Part shown: positions 61,601 to 64,000 of the stretch, in pieces
Numbering within the stretch: position 1 is the first letter of the stretch
How the letters are laid out: every line of letters starts with the position of its first letter
Assembly (NCBI GenBank): GCA_950097015.1
Contig: CATNEN010000015.1
Coordinates: forward strand, 1,488,001-1,552,000
Direction: 5' to 3'
From: Macrostomum hystrix
Lineage: Eukaryota; Animalia; Platyhelminthes
DNA: 64,000 nt
Made by a program: the position numbers and the translations under genes
Notes under the pieces: model-generated
Databases searched by the model: none
Told to the model about the DNA's origin: nothing
What the model saw: the letters and a program-made list of their open reading frames with translations, nothing else

Positions 61601-63187
61601 CCGTTTCACAATCGCCACACACTATTCAAATTAATATTGCCCAATATGAATGATTACGTTTTTTAAGTATGATCTGCAATAATGCAAAACTTAATGTTTA
61701 CGGCAGTATCACATCCCGCCACTTCGCTCCCTTGTCTCTTTCAACAGATGGGTTGTTGCCAGTTGAATTCTTTTAATTGCATTTCCGCCTAAAACCAATG
61801 AGCCACGCCTACCAGATACCTGGATTAATTTAATTTAAACTTTTATAGTTTGCTAGATTAGAGAATGCTTAGACTTAACATTTTGAATGCCAGTGCTGTG
61901 CGCTGCACTCTAGGCTACGGAATACTACTTTAAGTAGTGATATTTGACTTCTGTCGATTGTAAGATCTGTTTAATACGAGGACTTTTAAATAGTTTTGTA
62001 TTTAATTTTCAATATCGGAAGCCCTAGTGTTTTATATATATATATATATAAACTTTTAGTAAATTTATTTCCCATTTTGTTTTAAAATGGGCTGATTTAA
62101 ATGCATTATCCCAATTGATTTGATTTAAAAGTCTCCCGAAAATAAACAAATAAAGATGCGTCACTTACTACTACTGGAATCGTCATAATCCATAGATAAA
62201 GTAGTCAGCAAAGCGTTTACTATGTAGTTTGTTTCTTATCAGTCTGTGTCGTTAGCAATTTATTCATTTAATTGATTGATTTTATTATGTGATAATTGAT
62301 CTGTGTCACTGAATACTCGAATTAAATATCGAGATGCCACCGAACTAACCGTTTAATTTGTTTTCTTTTTTTTTAAATTTAGTTCGTAAGTATCAAATTA
62401 ATTTATTAAAATGACCGATAGCGAGACATCGGTTTAGTCAGGTAGTTTACTGTAGCAACTGAGTTGATCTTATCACCACTAACCAAATTTGGATCGATTA
62501 CCGTTACATTAACTCTTTTGTTTTAATCGCAGTTGTCACTTTTTAATTGTTTTCAATTTTTTAACAAACGATTTTATTGCATGACCATTATTCTGACAGT
62601 AAATTTACTTAAAAGTGTCTTATAAAATGCGAATTTTATCTTGATTGCTTCTGTGAAGTGTTTTAATCTAACTTTGAGAGCCAATTATCCACCCTTAGTT
62701 TAATCTCAAGGGGAGAATTCTGAAAAAGCTGATATCCTATTTAAGCTACACTGGGCGTAAGCAATTGGTAATTTGGTGTCTTGTTTTAGGCTGAGATTCG
62801 AACTTCAGACCTTTCTAACAGTAGTCCGAAGCTTCTAACATCATCAAATTAACTTCTGTACCACAATATTCTCAAAAATAGTTTTCAACACACTATTCTT
62901 AATGTTCGTTTTTGTGGCTTGATCTAAAATAAATTTTTAGTACTTTCTTGTACATTCGCCAATTGGGACTCACCGCTTGGAGATGCTGCTGAATTCACCC
63001 GCAGACTTTCGCGACTTCATGCAGTCGGTTGGCGGAGCTAGACGGGATCGTCGCGAAAGCGCCTGGTCCTTGGCGCCCTCCATTAGCGACGAGAGCGGAG
63101 GCGGCGGCAGTCACTCCCGACGGCTCAGCCCGTCGGACAGCCTGACGGACTTGGATTTGTCATTTGGCGCGTTCAGGAAGATTATGT
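52686..63187 (+). CDS. EFR3: EFR3 homologue (PI4KIIIalpha plasma-membrane anchor; armadillo-like). Exons 52686-52765, 53034-53164, 53252-53378, 54248-54529, 55982-56497, 56996-57511, 57695-57946, 59040-59116, 59618-59781, 63005-~63187. First and last exons not found in the window
   Basis: Translation matches recalled EFR3/cmp44E segments: [119 protein letters not shown]. All internal junctions are GT-AG and phase-consistent. Confidence 0.95.
52795..52990 (+). mobile_element. degenerate copy of the same SINE in an EFR3 intron
   Basis: ACACTGCCTGACGAT.AGAAAGT, CT.AGGAGTCAGCG, AAATGATGTGCCATTGC and a GCAATTATTAT tail. Confidence 0.7.
53403..53950. repeat. 31-bp intronic minisatellite, about 17 copies
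   Basis: Unit GATTGATTCTTCTCCTAAATCCTCTAATAGG. Confidence 0.97.
54877..55698 (-). mobile_element. candidate solo LTR (822 bp) in an EFR3 intron
   Basis: TGACA…TGTCA termini with flanks CACG/CATG (a 4-bp TSD with one CpG-type change). Minus-strand TATAAATA at 55481-55488, with two TGAGTCA-containing direct repeats upstream of it. Confidence 0.5.
56565..56902. repeat. alternating 14-bp units (28-bp period) TCCCAATCCCCTGT/TCCCAATTCCCTGT
   Basis: Read directly. Confidence 0.97.
57527..57635. repeat. 16-bp repeat (GATAATCCATCAGATT)
   Basis: Read directly. Confidence 0.92.
57966..58856. repeat. 46-bp intronic minisatellite, about 19 copies
   Basis: Unit GAAGCTGGAACAACTGGGATTTCAGCTACCTGAATACCCGAATCCT. 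Confidence 0.98.
60365..61466. repeat. 45-bp intronic minisatellite, about 24 copies
   Basis: Unit CTCAGTGTACAGTCACTTCTGCCCGACACCCCACACCCACCACCC. Confidence 0.98.
62715..62850 (-). mobile_element. possible fragment of a different tRNA-derived SINE
   Basis: B-box GTTCGAATC on the minus strand (62795-62803) in a tRNA-like context. No second copy in the window. Confidence 0.3.
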
Positions 63188-63249
63188 GTACGATTAGGCT
63201 TTTTGGCTTCGATTGTTTGCATCACCAATAGCCATAATATAATACACCC

Positions 63250-63830
63250 ACATCAAAACAACACCCACCTCACTGCAACAGCTGCCTCACTCCAGCTTCC
63301 ACCTCACTCCAACACCCACCTCACTCCAACAGCTGCCTCACTCCAGCACCCACCTGACTCCAACACCCCACCTCACTCCAAAACCCCACCTCACTCCAAC
63401 AGCTGCCTCACTCCAGCACCCACCACTCCAAAACCCCGCCTCACTCCAACAGCTGCCTCACTCCAGCACCCACCTCACTCCAAAACCCCGCCTCACTCCA
63501 ACAGCTGCCTCACTCCAGCACCCACCTCACTCCAACACCCCACCTAACTCCAAAACCCCACCTCACTCCAACAGCTGCTTCACTCCAGCTTCCACCTCAC
63601 TCCAACACCCACCTCACTCTAACACCCACCTCACTCCAAAACCCTACCTCACTCCAACAGCTGCCGCACTCCAGCAGCCACCTCACTCCAACACCCCACC
63701 TCACTCTAAAACCCCACCTCACTCCAACAGCTGTCTCACTCCAGCATCCACCTCACTCCAGCAACCACCTCACTCCAATAACCGCCTTACTCCAACACCC
63801 GCCTCACTCCAACACCTAACTCCAACAACT
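63250..63830. repeat. compound C/A-rich repeat (core CCTCACTCCAA/CAG)
   Basis: Read directly. Confidence 0.93.
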
Positions 63831-64000
63831 TACTGTAACACCGACCTCAAGCTCAAAAAACCTCCTCACATCACGTCACCCATCTCAATTATCGTCACTC
63901 GCCTAACTCCTCCAACCACTTCAATGTATCACGGAGCAATATTGTCTCACTATTGGACCCAAACAGTCGATTCGACCCCAGTCCCACTTTTCTAAATCCG

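Overview
Eukaryotic, intron-rich genomic DNA that is roughly half tandem repeat. The repeat-stuffed introns resemble minisatellite-rich flatworm genomes such as Macrostomum; this is an inference and was not verified. Three host genes were reconstructed by hand from motifs and splice phase. (1) A minus-strand DEG/ENaC (ASIC-like) channel with exons from 22524 down to and beyond base 1, carrying a roughly 340-aa insertion in the knuckle region. (2) A two-exon rhodopsin-class, peptide-type GPCR (47602-49053, +) with several degenerate class A motifs. (3) A multi-exon EFR3 homologue (52686 to >63187, +). Mobile DNA includes an apparently intact IS630/Tc1-type DD33E transposon with 138-bp TIRs, and next to it an internally deleted relative with 157-bp TIRs. 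There is also a tRNA-derived SINE family, with one copy inserted head-to-head into another with a 15-bp TSD, a candidate solo LTR in an EFR3 intron, and small fold-back elements. About 25 distinct micro/minisatellites are present, many starting within tens of bases of a splice site, plus an 8.6-kb 31-bp satellite with higher-order periodicity. Most long ORFs in the supplied track are repeat artefacts. No CRISPR, rRNA or true tRNA genes are supported.
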